The translations under genes and the position numbers were made by a program. Below, piece after piece: positions 17,623 through 28,600 of a DNA stretch of 64,000 nt (position 1 is the stretch's first letter; each line of letters starts with the position of its first letter). The notes beneath the pieces are model-generated. The model did no database searches and had not been told where the DNA came from. It saw only the letters and a list, made by a program, of their open reading frames with translations. The DNA comes from a virus, in the IMG/VR virus record IMGVR_UViG_3300031857_000038, positions 1-64,000 of that record; one strand, given 5' to 3'.

Positions 17623-20600
17623 ATGCCAACAGATAATTTTAAACCCCGCGGAACGAGCAAACTTAATAGACCGACCCGTGACGGAGGCGGCTCTAAAAAT
17701 TACCCAATCATTGGGGTAGTAAAAAACAATATTGATGCTAATCGTTCCGGAAAAATTTGGGTCGCACTACAAGATGGCAAGGGTCCCACTAATCCTAATT
17801 CACGAAGTGGCTGGACACCAGTGCAGTACTTACCTTCATTTTTTGGCGTAGTACAAGCCAGTGGCGGAGCAAATGATTTAGGGTCATACACGAATAATTC
17901 TAGTTCATACGGGCATTGGCAAGCTCCGCCCGATATTGGTACTGAAGTTGTGTGTATTTTTATCGGCGGCGATGTTAACAAAGGGTTTTATATCGGAGCC
18001 ATTCCCACTCCCCAAACATTGCAGATGGTTCCAGCAATTGGTGCGGTAGAAAATGTTACATTAAATTCCGGTGAGGCTTCCGGGTTTGGCGGCGCTACTA
18101 GACTGCCTGTAACTAATATCAACACCAATAATACGAACGTATCGAACAGCAATGAATTTTTAGATACCGCTAGACCAGTGCATAGCTATGCTGCTAGCGT
18201 CATGAATCAGCAAGGCATATTAAGAGATCCTATTCGCGGTCCCATTAGTACAAGTGCTAGTAGAGAACAAACAAGTAGAGTTGGATGGGGAGTTAGTACT
18301 CCGGGCCGACCTATATATGAGGGCGGATACACAGATGAAACCCTACCTGACAATTTAGAACAAGGTAACGCAGAACGACTTAATGTTATTGCACGAAGAG
18401 GCGGTCACAGTATCGTCATGGATGACGGCGACATAATTGGTCGTGATCAATTAATTCGTATTCGCTCTGCACTGGGCCATCAGATTATGATGAGCGACGA
18501 TGGACAAACATTATCAATCTTACACAGTAATGGTCAAAGCTATATTGAATTAGGTAAAGAAGGCACTGTAGATATATTCAGTACAAATAGTATTAACATG
18601 AGAACTCAGGGTGATTTTAATATTCACGCCGATAGAAATGTTAACATACATGCTATGGAGAACTTCAATCTTCAAGCGAAAAACATTCATACTAATAGTG
18701 ATGAGATAACTAAATCCAGAGCAGGTAAAGAATATAGTATTACTGCACTAAACAATTTTACTGTAAAAGCAAGTTCTGCAATTGCAATGTTAGCTGGTGG
18801 TCAAGCAAGTTTAGTTGCAGGTGCAGAAGCCTTTGTTAATGGTACAAAAGTTAATTTGAATAGCGGTAGTCCCGCACTGTTACCGCCTGATGTACCTATC
18901 ATTCCTGTAACAGCACAGACAGATACATTGTTTGATGAAGCCGTAGGCTGGGCAGCAGCGCCTGCTAGATTATTATCTATCGCTTCAAGAGCGCCGGCAC
19001 ACTATCCTTGGGTCAATGCGGGCATGGGCGTTGATATAAGAAATAGTCCAAACGCCGCTGATAACTTACCCGCACCTTCGTCACCCCCAGTGCAGCAATT
19101 AAATGCTCAAGCAGAAGCAACTATACCCACTCCTCCGGCAGTAGCTACAGTGGCCTCAGTTCCTCCTGTTCCGGCATCTTCCCCTACATTAGGTTCAGGA
19201 ACAACTAACGCTGTGCTAGCATCAACTGCAACAGCAGCGGCAGAAGGACCAGCCGCTGAAGCAACTGCTGCTGGAGCAGGGGTAGTTAAGAAGCCAGGCA
19301 GTTCATTGATTTCAGGAATCAACAGCGCATTGAAGGTTGCTGCTGCTGTGGGCGGCGGGATCGCTGCAATTAGACAGTTAACAAGCGCAAGTTCAGCAGG
19401 TCAGGCACTGGTGGCAGTCGGAGCATTTGGACAAAGTGCTGACCAACTATCACGTTCCGGCGTCTTGAAGCCTGGTTCGGAAAGTCTTGTTAATGGATTA
19501 GCCACTGCAGGAAAAACACTCACTAATACTCTTCCTACATCAGTGTTTACTGGTAAAGCCGGCGCTGAATCAGTAGAACAACTAGCAGCGAACACTGATG
19601 CACAAGCAACCGCAGCAGTTAACATAATGACAGTTGCCCAGCAGGAATTAACTCGGGCAGGAGTGATAAACGGTAGTGAATCAACAACTCAAACTGCCGG
19701 CTTAATAGCTGCTGCTGGTGCTTTAGGCACCGACGCTGTTGTTGACGCAGTAAAACAGTCTTCCGCACCTACAGAATCAGTAGAAACTGCTACAGCTAAT
19801 CTCACCGCAGCAGCCAATGCAGTCGGTATCCCGGCAGCAGCGACCGCGGCAGCGACCGCAGCAGCTGGAGCAAACCTAGTAAACAATGCAACAGCATCTG
19901 CCACAGCATTGGCAGGCGCTGCTGCTGGAGCAAAAAATGTTGCCGGCGCTATTGGAGCAGGTATATCAGCAGCTAAGCTGGCTGATAGCCTAGGTGGATT
20001 GGGAGGAATAGCAAATTCTCTCAAGGCTCTAGAAGATGCAAACAGCGAATTAACTGGACTATTAGATTCAGTTAAGGGTGTATCAGGATCTGCATTTAGT
20101 GCAGTCAAAGATGGATTTGGTAAATTAGAAGCCGGTGTACCTCAAAACTTGTCAGAAATTGCTAAAGAAAAAGCTGCTAAAACTGCTATTACTGAAAATA
20201 TTCCAGGATCGCAGCCGGCGTTTGCTAAGAGCTTGTCTGGCCTAGTAAAAAAATCAGGCGAAGCATTTGACAAGGCAGCTAAGCTATCTAGTGATCTTAG
20301 TAATTCAATTAATAGCGTGGTTGGACCAGCCAAACAAGCATTATCGAACGCGGCAGGAGCCGTTAAAGGCGCAGCCGGTGCTGTAACTAATGCAGCCGGT
20401 GCTGTAACTAATGCAGCCGGTGCAGTAGCCGGCGCAGTGAACAGCATCACGGGCCCTACCAGCAGTCTAACTAATGCAATCAATACTGTTACTGGCGGCC
20501 CCGGAACTCCCCTGATATCAGGTGGTCAAGGTGCCGACGCCACAAGGGGCAGTGCTGGCACTGATAACATCACCACTACACTGTCTTCAATTGCTGATGT

Positions 20601-21768
20601 ATCATCCGGTACTCTCCCCAACACAATTGGTGTAAGCACTGTTAACAATGCAGTGGTTAATTCTACAGAACAATTAGTAACCAGTACCGGTAGCGTTTCC
20701 GGCACCGTCAGTAACTTAGCCAACGCAGGCAACAACTTAGCAAATGCAGGGCAACAAATTACTACACTGATTGACTCAACTACAGGCAATGGTGTAGATA
20801 ATTTAGCAAATAATATTAGCGGTGCAGTTGACAACATTAACAGCTTAGTAGGAGGAGCAACGTCACTTAAGAACGGCTTGTCAGGTCTGGCTAATGCTGC
20901 TAAGAAGGCACAGGGAGGCGGACTTGCTGCTAGAGCATCTGCACTGGCTAGCGGAGTAAGTAATTTGCCCGGCGGAGTCAAAGCCTTCTCCAGTGTGTTA
21001 GATAAAGCAGATGAAGCTGCTAATCAGATACCAGGTACCGGTCAGTTAACAGGTCTGATGAATGATTTGCAGACGGGAGTTAAAAATGGACTTGGCGATG
21101 TTAACTCAGCGTTAACTTCAGCGAGTAATGCATTGAATGACGCTTCATCTGCATTGAACACAGCAAATAAACTAGTAGGAGCTACGGGCGGCGCAGCAGG
21201 AGGATTAGGTAGCTTAAGTTCAGCAGCTAGCAAAGTTGGCGGACTTACTTCAGCTATTGCAAGCAAGCTTCCAATAGGACAAGTTACACAACTTCTAACA
21301 TCAGTAAGTGCTTTGGGTGCTGGCGGCGCAAGTCCTATCAAATTGCCTAGTTTGGGAGTCAATACGACAAACAGAGACGGCATTACTGCCCAAATTAAAG
21401 GAGTATTAGGTGATGCTAGAATTCCAATACCAAATCTGTTGGGTGACATTCTAGGTGATGCTATTGATAGTATAGAAAAGAGGGCACGCACTTTAAGAGA
21501 AGAAAGACGGAGAATTCAAGCACAGCTTGATACTGCAAAGGAAGAGGAAACCGCAGCAGGTAATGAATTCATTACTGCATTTAATACTCTGCCGGCAGGT
21601 GACCCAAGTCTTGCTGCGTTGGAAAAGAAATCCAATGATGCTACGGCTAAAGTTGCAAGTTTAAGAACAGAATTAGCAAATGTAGGTAAACGACCAAGAA
21701 AAGCTGCGCCAGCAAAAGATCCGGCAGCAGCTGGTACGCCCGCACCCGGTACCGGAACCACTACGTAA
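17623..21768 (+). CDS. central spike protein, T4 gp5/VgrG-like, with a very long Ala/Gly/Ser-rich C-terminal region
   Basis: OB-fold-like N-terminus (IGVVKNNID..RSG.I.V; SYG.W..PPDIGT.V...F), GGHS.VMDDG, GHQI.M.D, beta-helix-like repeats ending VNLNSG, then ~900 aa of low complexity; followed by gp25. Confidence 0.75.
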   Translation: MPTDNFKPRGTSKLNRPTRDGGGSKNYPIIGVVKNNIDANRSGKIWVALQDGKGPTNPNSRSGWTPVQYLPSFFGVVQASGGANDLGSYTNNSSSYGHWQAPPDIGTEVVCIFIGGDVNKGFYIGAIPTPQTLQMVPAIGAVENVTLNSGEASGFGGATRLPVTNINTNNTNVSNSNEFLDTARPVHSYAASVMNQQGILRDPIRGPISTSASREQTSRVGWGVSTPGRPIYEGGYTDETLPDNLEQGNAERLNVIARRGGHSIVMDDGDIIGRDQLIRIRSALGHQIMMSDDGQTLSILHSNGQSYIELGKEGTVDIFSTNSINMRTQGDFNIHADRNVNIHAMENFNLQAKNIHTNSDEITKSRAGKEYSITALNNFTVKASSAIAMLAGGQASLVAGAEAFVNGTKVNLNSGSPALLPPDVPIIPVTAQTDTLFDEAVGWAAAPARLLSIASRAPAHYPWVNAGMGVDIRNSPNAADNLPAPSSPPVQQLNAQAEATIPTPPAVATVASVPPVPASSPTLGSGTTNAVLASTATAAAEGPAAEATAAGAGVVKKPGSSLISGINSALKVAAAVGGGIAAIRQLTSASSAGQALVAVGAFGQSADQLSRSGVLKPGSESLVNGLATAGKTLTNTLPTSVFTGKAGAESVEQLAANTDAQATAAVNIMTVAQQELTRAGVINGSESTTQTAGLIAAAGALGTDAVVDAVKQSSAPTESVETATANLTAAANAVGIPAAATAAATAAAGANLVNNATASATALAGAAAGAKNVAGAIGAGISAAKLADSLGGLGGIANSLKALEDANSELTGLLDSVKGVSGSAFSAVKDGFGKLEAGVPQNLSEIAKEKAAKTAITENIPGSQPAFAKSLSGLVKKSGEAFDKAAKLSSDLSNSINSVVGPAKQALSNAAGAVKGAAGAVTNAAGAVTNAAGAVAGAVNSITGPTSSLTNAINTVTGGPGTPLISGGQGADATRGSAGTDNITTTLSSIADVSSGTLPNTIGVSTVNNAVVNSTEQLVTSTGSVSGTVSNLANAGNNLANAGQQITTLIDSTTGNGVDNLANNISGAVDNINSLVGGATSLKNGLSGLANAAKKAQGGGLAARASALASGVSNLPGGVKAFSSVLDKADEAANQIPGTGQLTGLMNDLQTGVKNGLGDVNSALTSASNALNDASSALNTANKLVGATGGAAGGLGSLSSAASKVGGLTSAIASKLPIGQVTQLLTSVSALGAGGASPIKLPSLGVNTTNRDGITAQIKGVLGDARIPIPNLLGDILGDAIDSIEKRARTLREERRRIQAQLDTAKEEETAAGNEFITAFNTLPAGDPSLAALEKKSNDATAKVASLRTELANVGKRPRKAAPAKDPAAAGTPAPGTGTTT
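20371..20423 (+). repeat. 21-bp tandem repeat (GCAGCCGGTGCTGTAACTAAT) x2.5 encoding AAGAVTN
   Basis: Exact repeats at 20371 and 20392, partial at 20413. Confidence 0.85.
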
Positions 21769-21792
21769 ACTAAATATTAAAAAGGATAATTT

Positions 21793-22242
21793 ATGGCAAC
21801 TTACTTAGGATTCAGTACAATAAATGCGTGTAACCCAAAGACAACTAATATGACTTCGGGCAGTGCCGGCGGCCCGGGCGGAATCCGTGAAGGCATTTCG
21901 TGGGGAAATAAATTTAGTCTCGCTGATGCCCAACTAGTAGTACAGGATTTTATTAATGCTTTGAATATACGATTGGGTACTAAAGTAGGACAACCAGGAT
22001 ATGGGACTAGACTTTGGGACTTTATCTTTGAACCAAATAACGCAACTACACGAATTGATGTTGAAAATGAAATACGACGAGTAGCCAGTCAAGACCCTAG
22101 ACTTCAGCTTGCAGAGCTAGTAACTTATACATATGATAACGGAATACTATTAGAAATACAGTGTGCAATACTGCCCTTCAATCAGCCAATCGCAGCAAAA
22201 ATTTCTTTGAACCGAGCGACACAAAGAGCCGCTTTACTATAA
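21793..22242 (+). CDS. gp25: baseplate wedge subunit, T4 gp25-like
   Basis: L..QD.IN...IR.G.K...P.YGT.LWD.IFEP...I..V...DPR pattern of the GPW/gp25 family. Confidence 0.88.
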   Translation: MATYLGFSTINACNPKTTNMTSGSAGGPGGIREGISWGNKFSLADAQLVVQDFINALNIRLGTKVGQPGYGTRLWDFIFEPNNATTRIDVENEIRRVASQDPRLQLAELVTYTYDNGILLEIQCAILPFNQPIAAKISLNRATQRAALL

Positions 22243-22289
22243 AAACTGGTTTTTTTCTATGATAAATATATTATCAATAGAGAGAAACT

Positions 22290-25200
22290 ATGGCAACAAG
22301 TTCAAGACAATCAGCACTATTTGGTCCTAACGACTGGAAAACCATTTACCAGACGTTCAACCAAGCAGACTTCCGTAGCTATGACTACGAAACCCTACGT
22401 AAAGCATTCATCGACTACCTACAAATAAATTATCCAGAAACATATAACGACTATGTTGAATCAAGCGAATTTGTTGCCTTGCTTGACGTTATTGCCTTTA
22501 TGGGTCAAGGTCTTGCTTTCCGCAATGACTTGAATGCTCGTGAAAACTTTATTGATACTGCTGAACGCAGAGATAGTGTTGTTAAGCTCGCCAATCTTGT
22601 GAGTTATACGCCAAAAAGAAACATTGCTGGTCAGGGCTATTTAAAAGTCACAAGTATTAAAACTACTCAGAACCTAAATGATCTTAACGGCTTCAATCTA
22701 AGTAACGTTCCTGTATTGTGGAATGACCCTGCTAACCCAAATTGGCTAGAACAGTTCAACACTATCATCAACGCTGCCCTAGTAGACACTCAGCGAATCG
22801 GTAGACCCGGCAATGTTAGTGAAATCGCAGGTGTAAACACAAGCGAGTATAGTTTACAGATTGCTCCTAATAATCTACCTATTGTCCCCTTTAGTAGTTC
22901 GGTTGGCGGCGTCAATATGAACTTTGAATTGTGCAGTGTGTCTAGCTTAGACAGCGAATCAATCTACGAAGTTCCTCCTGCTCCTAGTGGCAGATTCAAT
23001 ATGTTATATCGTAACGACAAGTTAGGATTTGGCAGCCCCGAAACAGGTTTCTTCTTCTACTTCAAGCAGGGAAATCTACAGACATTTGACTTCTCATTGC
23101 AACAGCAAATCAGCAACCAAAATATTGATATTGATATTCAGGGAATTAACAACTCCGACACGTGGCTATACAAGATTAATCAAGACGGTACTCGTGATCC
23201 ATGGCGTCAAGTAGAAAATGTATATGCAAATGCATCACTGCAAGGCAATAGCTCATTCAAGCAGACGTTCTCCGTAAGTTCACGTTTCAACGATCAGGTT
23301 ACATATGTATTTGGCGATGGCGTATTTAGCGAAATCCCTGTAGGAAACTTTAGAGCATATGTACGTGCAGGCAATGCGCTCACATACACTATCTACCCAT
23401 CTGACATGAATGGCTTGTCAGTTACATTCACTTACATTTCACGTTTGGGTAGAGCAGAAACACTAACGGTTGGTCTAGCATTGACTCAGACAGTGACCAC
23501 TGCCCAAACAAGAGAATCACTCGCCAGCATCAAACAACGTGCGCCTACTCGTTACTATACGCAGAACAGAATGGTCAATGGTGAAGACTACAATAACTTC
23601 CCATATACATTGTACAACTCAATTGTCAAAAGTAAAGCAATCAATAGATCAAGCGTTGGCGTCAGTAAAAACCTTGACTTATTAGACCCTACTGGAAAAT
23701 ATTCTAGCACAGTGAGTTATGGCAACGACGGTGCATTGTATCAAGACGATGTTAATGGATTTTTAAATCTAACGATTAACAACACCAGCGATATTATTGC
23801 ATTCTTCACGGGTGAATTGTCTAATGTATTGTCTCTAAACAAGGCTACACAATATTATATTCAGAACTATCCTAGATATACTGTAACTGATACTGATACT
23901 CCCGCAAACGAAGTAGTATATTGGAGAACTAGTACAGTAAATGCAGACAATGAAACAGGTTATGTCTATACAGTTACTGGTTCATTAGAGCAGCCCACTA
24001 GTGTCGGCATCTTCAGCACTACTAACTTGAAATATATGACAACTGGTGCTATTATTAAATTCACTGCACCGTCAGGTTTCTATTTTGATAGTGATAATAG
24101 ACTCGTAGCAGGTATTCCAGGATCAGGCGACAGCACATTTATTTGGACTACTGTACTAAATGTAGTAGGCGACGGCTCAAATAATAACCAAGGCAGCTTT
24201 GCTAACGGCTCCGGTCCTATCAGACTTAGCGGCTATGTCCCTAATGATGTTATTGTAAGCACTATCATTCCTGTGTTCGGTAACATTATTCCTAGAGAGA
24301 TAATTCAAGAGGCAGTAATTAGAATTGAACTGAATCAAGAGTTTACACTAGTATTTGATAACTCGCTACTAATCAATCAGCCACGCTGGTCTATTAAAAA
24401 GATTACTGACCCCAATTGGTTTGTGAAGTTTACCAGCTTAGGTAATAATAGATACACTGTGACATATAGATCACTGTCTTACTATTTTGGTAGTGTCGCT
24501 GATACTAGATTTACTTTTGCTAAAGATGAATTAGTATATGATCCGTTTACTGGTAAAATTATTCAAGACAATGTTTCAGTGTTGGGTATCAATACTTTAC
24601 CATCGTCTACGACTGCAATCGGTAAGAACACCGAGATTAACATTGTTGGGCAAACAGTCGAGAGCGATGGATACGTCAACGACTTTGAAGTTGAAGTTGC
24701 AGCAACAGATGTGAACAACAATCAGTTGATTCTGAACCCAGACTTCTTTAATGAGATTACAGGGTTTGTTACTGGTAGCAATAACTTTGGTATATATGTG
24801 TTCTTTGAGACTGTGCAGGACCCAATCAATCTCACTAAAGAATTCATTGTCCCTACTAGCTCAGTAAGATTCCAATATCCTACACAAACACAAATTGAAC
24901 TAGTGAAGTATGATTATCCGGTTGGACAATTGTTCTATGCAACTAGCGAAAATAAGTTCTACAAAACAGTCCAAGATCAGACTGTAACTAATATTGTTTA
25001 TGATTTAGTAGAACAATTTAATTATAGTGTAAAGTTTGGGAGACAGGGCTTGAGCTATCAGTACAAGCACAATTCAAACAACACTAATAGAATTGATCCG
25101 GCAACTACTAATATCATTGACTTGTACGTAGTTACATTCAGTTACTTTGAACAATATCAGAGATACATTGTTGACACAACAAATACTATTCCTGAACCGA

Positions 25201-25664
25201 ATAGACCAACAATTACTGAGTTGTCTTCACAGTACACTGAATTACAAGACTATAAAATGTTGTCGGATTCTGTAATATTAAATAGTGTAGAGTTCAAACC
25301 ACTGTTTGGTCCTAAGGCAGTACCAGCACTGAGAGCGACAATTAAAGTAATTAAAGACAGTACAACAAATGCAAGTGACAGTGAAATAAGAAGTGCAGTA
25401 TTAGCAGCAATGGATCAATATTTTAATATTAACAATTGGAACTTTGGTGACACATTCTACTTCTCAGAACTTAGCGCATTTTTGCACGCCGAATGCGGAG
25501 ACTTGATTAGCTCTGCTGTATTAGTACCGAATGATCCGTCAATGAAGTTTGGAGACTTATATGAAATAAAATGCAGACCTTTTGAAATTTTCGTAAACGC
25601 TGCTACATCAAATGATGTATTAGTGATACCCGCGCTCACACCCGACGAATTACAGATAAGATAA
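22290..25664 (+). CDS. gp6: baseplate wedge subunit, T4 gp6-like
   Basis: YDYETLR, LLD.IA, E.F.DTA.RR.SV..LA....Y.P, FGDG.F..IP, ES..SIK.RAP..Y.TQNRMV..EDY. Confidence 0.85.
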   Translation: MATSSRQSALFGPNDWKTIYQTFNQADFRSYDYETLRKAFIDYLQINYPETYNDYVESSEFVALLDVIAFMGQGLAFRNDLNARENFIDTAERRDSVVKLANLVSYTPKRNIAGQGYLKVTSIKTTQNLNDLNGFNLSNVPVLWNDPANPNWLEQFNTIINAALVDTQRIGRPGNVSEIAGVNTSEYSLQIAPNNLPIVPFSSSVGGVNMNFELCSVSSLDSESIYEVPPAPSGRFNMLYRNDKLGFGSPETGFFFYFKQGNLQTFDFSLQQQISNQNIDIDIQGINNSDTWLYKINQDGTRDPWRQVENVYANASLQGNSSFKQTFSVSSRFNDQVTYVFGDGVFSEIPVGNFRAYVRAGNALTYTIYPSDMNGLSVTFTYISRLGRAETLTVGLALTQTVTTAQTRESLASIKQRAPTRYYTQNRMVNGEDYNNFPYTLYNSIVKSKAINRSSVGVSKNLDLLDPTGKYSSTVSYGNDGALYQDDVNGFLNLTINNTSDIIAFFTGELSNVLSLNKATQYYIQNYPRYTVTDTDTPANEVVYWRTSTVNADNETGYVYTVTGSLEQPTSVGIFSTTNLKYMTTGAIIKFTAPSGFYFDSDNRLVAGIPGSGDSTFIWTTVLNVVGDGSNNNQGSFANGSGPIRLSGYVPNDVIVSTIIPVFGNIIPREIIQEAVIRIELNQEFTLVFDNSLLINQPRWSIKKITDPNWFVKFTSLGNNRYTVTYRSLSYYFGSVADTRFTFAKDELVYDPFTGKIIQDNVSVLGINTLPSSTTAIGKNTEINIVGQTVESDGYVNDFEVEVAATDVNNNQLILNPDFFNEITGFVTGSNNFGIYVFFETVQDPINLTKEFIVPTSSVRFQYPTQTQIELVKYDYPVGQLFYATSENKFYKTVQDQTVTNIVYDLVEQFNYSVKFGRQGLSYQYKHNSNNTNRIDPATTNIIDLYVVTFSYFEQYQRYIVDTTNTIPEPNRPTITELSSQYTELQDYKMLSDSVILNSVEFKPLFGPKAVPALRATIKVIKDSTTNASDSEIRSAVLAAMDQYFNINNWNFGDTFYFSELSAFLHAECGDLISSAVLVPNDPSMKFGDLYEIKCRPFEIFVNAATSNDVLVIPALTPDELQIR

Positions 25665-25672
25665 GTACAACT

Positions 25673-28600
25673 ATGGCACGTATTAGAACACTAAACTTTC
25701 TTCCGGAAATCTTCCAAACACCAACAAACAGTCAGTTCCTCTCGGCTACACTTGATAGACTCGTAAGTAACCCTTCGTCTACTCGTGTGCAGGGTTATGT
25801 CGGAAGCAGATTTGGTTCGGGTATTAATGCGCTTGATTATTATGTTACTGAGCCAACCAAAACTCGTGCAGACTATCAGCTAGATCCAAGCGTGGTGTTT
25901 ACAAGAGCAGAAGAAGAAATTGCTAATGATTTTATTACATACCCAGGCATTATTGATTCACTAGAGCAACAGGGTGCGGTCACTGGTAATAACAACAGAC
26001 TATTCAACAGTCAAATTTACTCATGGGACAGCTTTACAAATCTAGATAAGCTAGTCAACTATTATGAATATTACTGGTTGCCAATTGGCGCCCCAGCGGT
26101 TACTGTTGCACCTAGCACAGTATTCATCAACCAAGATTATATCGTAACTGACTTTGCTAATAGTTACGAAATTAGTGAAGTTGGCTCAATCATAGGAACC
26201 GGAACCAATCCAACAATCTCAGTGATTCGCGGAGGAACTTATAGATTTGAAGTAAATCAAAACTCTCAGTTTTGGATTCAGACTGAGCCAGGTACTAGTG
26301 GATTTTCCCCCACACAAGAAAATCTACCCACACGAGAAGTTTTTGGTGTAGACAACAACGGTGCTGAAGTAGGCATCGTAACATTCAACGTCCCATTCAA
26401 GAATGCACAGGATCAATTTGTTTTCCCTGGCAACAATATGGTTGACGTAATTTGCAATATTCCGTTTGATGAAGTCAATGGTAGAAATCTATACACAATC
26501 AATGACATTGCAACGGGTATAAGCTATCCTGGGCTAGACAACATTGATGGCGTGACTGGATTAGACGGTCTAAGAATAATGTTCTATGACACTGGCGTGC
26601 CAGATGAGCAAGGATATGTAGCATCTTATTACGATGAAACATTTTATGATGTTAACGACCCGTTCTTTACAGAACCTAGAACTGTTACTGTTGGCAGCAC
26701 AAACGCTAGTGGTAATAGACTTTCAATGGCATTAGGTTTCACCACAGATGATCTAATTCCTAATCAAACTGTGACCTTTAGCGGAGTGCTATTAGGTGGC
26801 ATTGTTGAAGGTCAAGTATATTTTGTAAAAGACATTATCAACTCAACTGACTTCACTATTTCACAAGACCTTCAGGGCGACACTGTTACAGTGTTCACTC
26901 AGTCAGGCGCCAACATGATTGTTAACATCAATCAGGGACAGTTTCAGAACGGATTTAACACAGTAGTAAGCGAGAACTTCTACAGAATTCAATATTTGGG
27001 TGACCCCGACAACCCCATCATTAGACTATTGCCGGACGGTACTATTCCTAATAATGAAAAGATTTCTCCAAGATTTGGTACTGAGTACATCAGCAGATCA
27101 TTTTACAGAAATACTATAGGTGTCATTAGTATGATACCTATCATTACTGCACCGCTTGACGTATTATATTATCAAGACGGGACCAATCCAAATAAAGTCG
27201 GCGTAATTAAAATTAATGATTCTGATTTAGACAACTTTATTAATATTGAAACAGAAATCTTAGGCAAAACAACTTATACATCACCGAACGGCGTACAGTT
27301 TACGAACGGACTAAAAGTTCAATTTGATGGTAACGTCTTCCCTAATTCATATCGCTCAGGCGAATATTATGTTGAGGGCGTGGGCACAGCAATTGAATTG
27401 GTTCCTGTTAGTGAACTAATTGTCCCTGAGAAATTCTCTAGAGGCGACTTCATACCATACGACACTGTTGGATATGATGATACTGGCTACGACATAGAAT
27501 TATTTGTTCCTGTCGACCCCGACTACATCACTATTGCTAGAAATAGTATTAGCAAGAACGCATGGTCAAGAAGCAACAGATGGTTCCACATTGACGTTAT
27601 CAACGCCACTGCACAGTATAATGATAATCCAAATATCTTGACAGAATATGCAACTCTTGACAACAAAGCTAAGAGACCAATCATTGAGTTTTATCCTAAC
27701 TTAAAAATGTTTGATGCAGGTACTCAAGGTAAGAGACCAGTTGACTTCTTTGATACTCGTGCAACAGATGCATTGTCTCAGGTTGCAGGATTAGCAAATT
27801 ACTATCCTGACGTAGAAACTTACACTAGCAACACTGCGGTTGTTGCCAGCACACCAAATACTGTAGTAGGTGTAGCATCCATGTTGCAAGGTAACACCTA
27901 TGAGCTAGTCAATGTTAGTGGTACTTTGCAAACTTCATGGAATGATCTAGCAGGAACTTTGGGCGTTACATATTTTCCTGGTGACAAAATTGTATGCGCT
28001 AAAGACGGAAACGATTTACTAGTGCCAGGCACAGGTACTGGACGTTTAATATATGACGAAGCCACAATCACTGTACCATCAAGTGATGTTACTGGAATAT
28101 TCCAAATCGGGATGTATGTCGGTGACGTATTAGATATTATACCTACTAACGCACAGATTATCAATCTTACTGATGACGGAACAACTACCACACTTACGAT
28201 TAGTTATCCATTCCCACAAGACATTGTTGGAGGAACAACATCAATCGTTGGTACTGATACTACAGTAAGCAACTATGCAGTGTTCCCTGGATCAAGAATA
28301 ATCTTTTCTAACGACACTGACGAAGGCACGAAGCATAAGATCTATGTTGTAGATATCGTTGTTACTACTTTAGGCGGTAGCCCACAGATTGTATTGATTG
28401 AAGCTGAAGATACTAATGTTGAAGTTGACCAACAGGTTGTCATTACAAGAGGCTTCAACGAGCAAGGTAAGACATTCTACTTTGACGGTATTGAGTGGCT
28501 GCAAGCTCAGCAGAAAGTAACTGTTAATCAGGCCCCTCTGTTTGATGCGTTTGATGATAACGGCATTAGCTTCAGCGATAGCACAGTTTACAATAGCACA

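Noticed and set aside
19107-21761. Series of minus-strand ORFs opposite the spike gene, with similar ones opposite the portal, tape measure, giant gene and fibres
   Set aside because: Antisense shadows expected from Ala/Gly/Thr/Ser-rich codon usage; no SDs or motifs.
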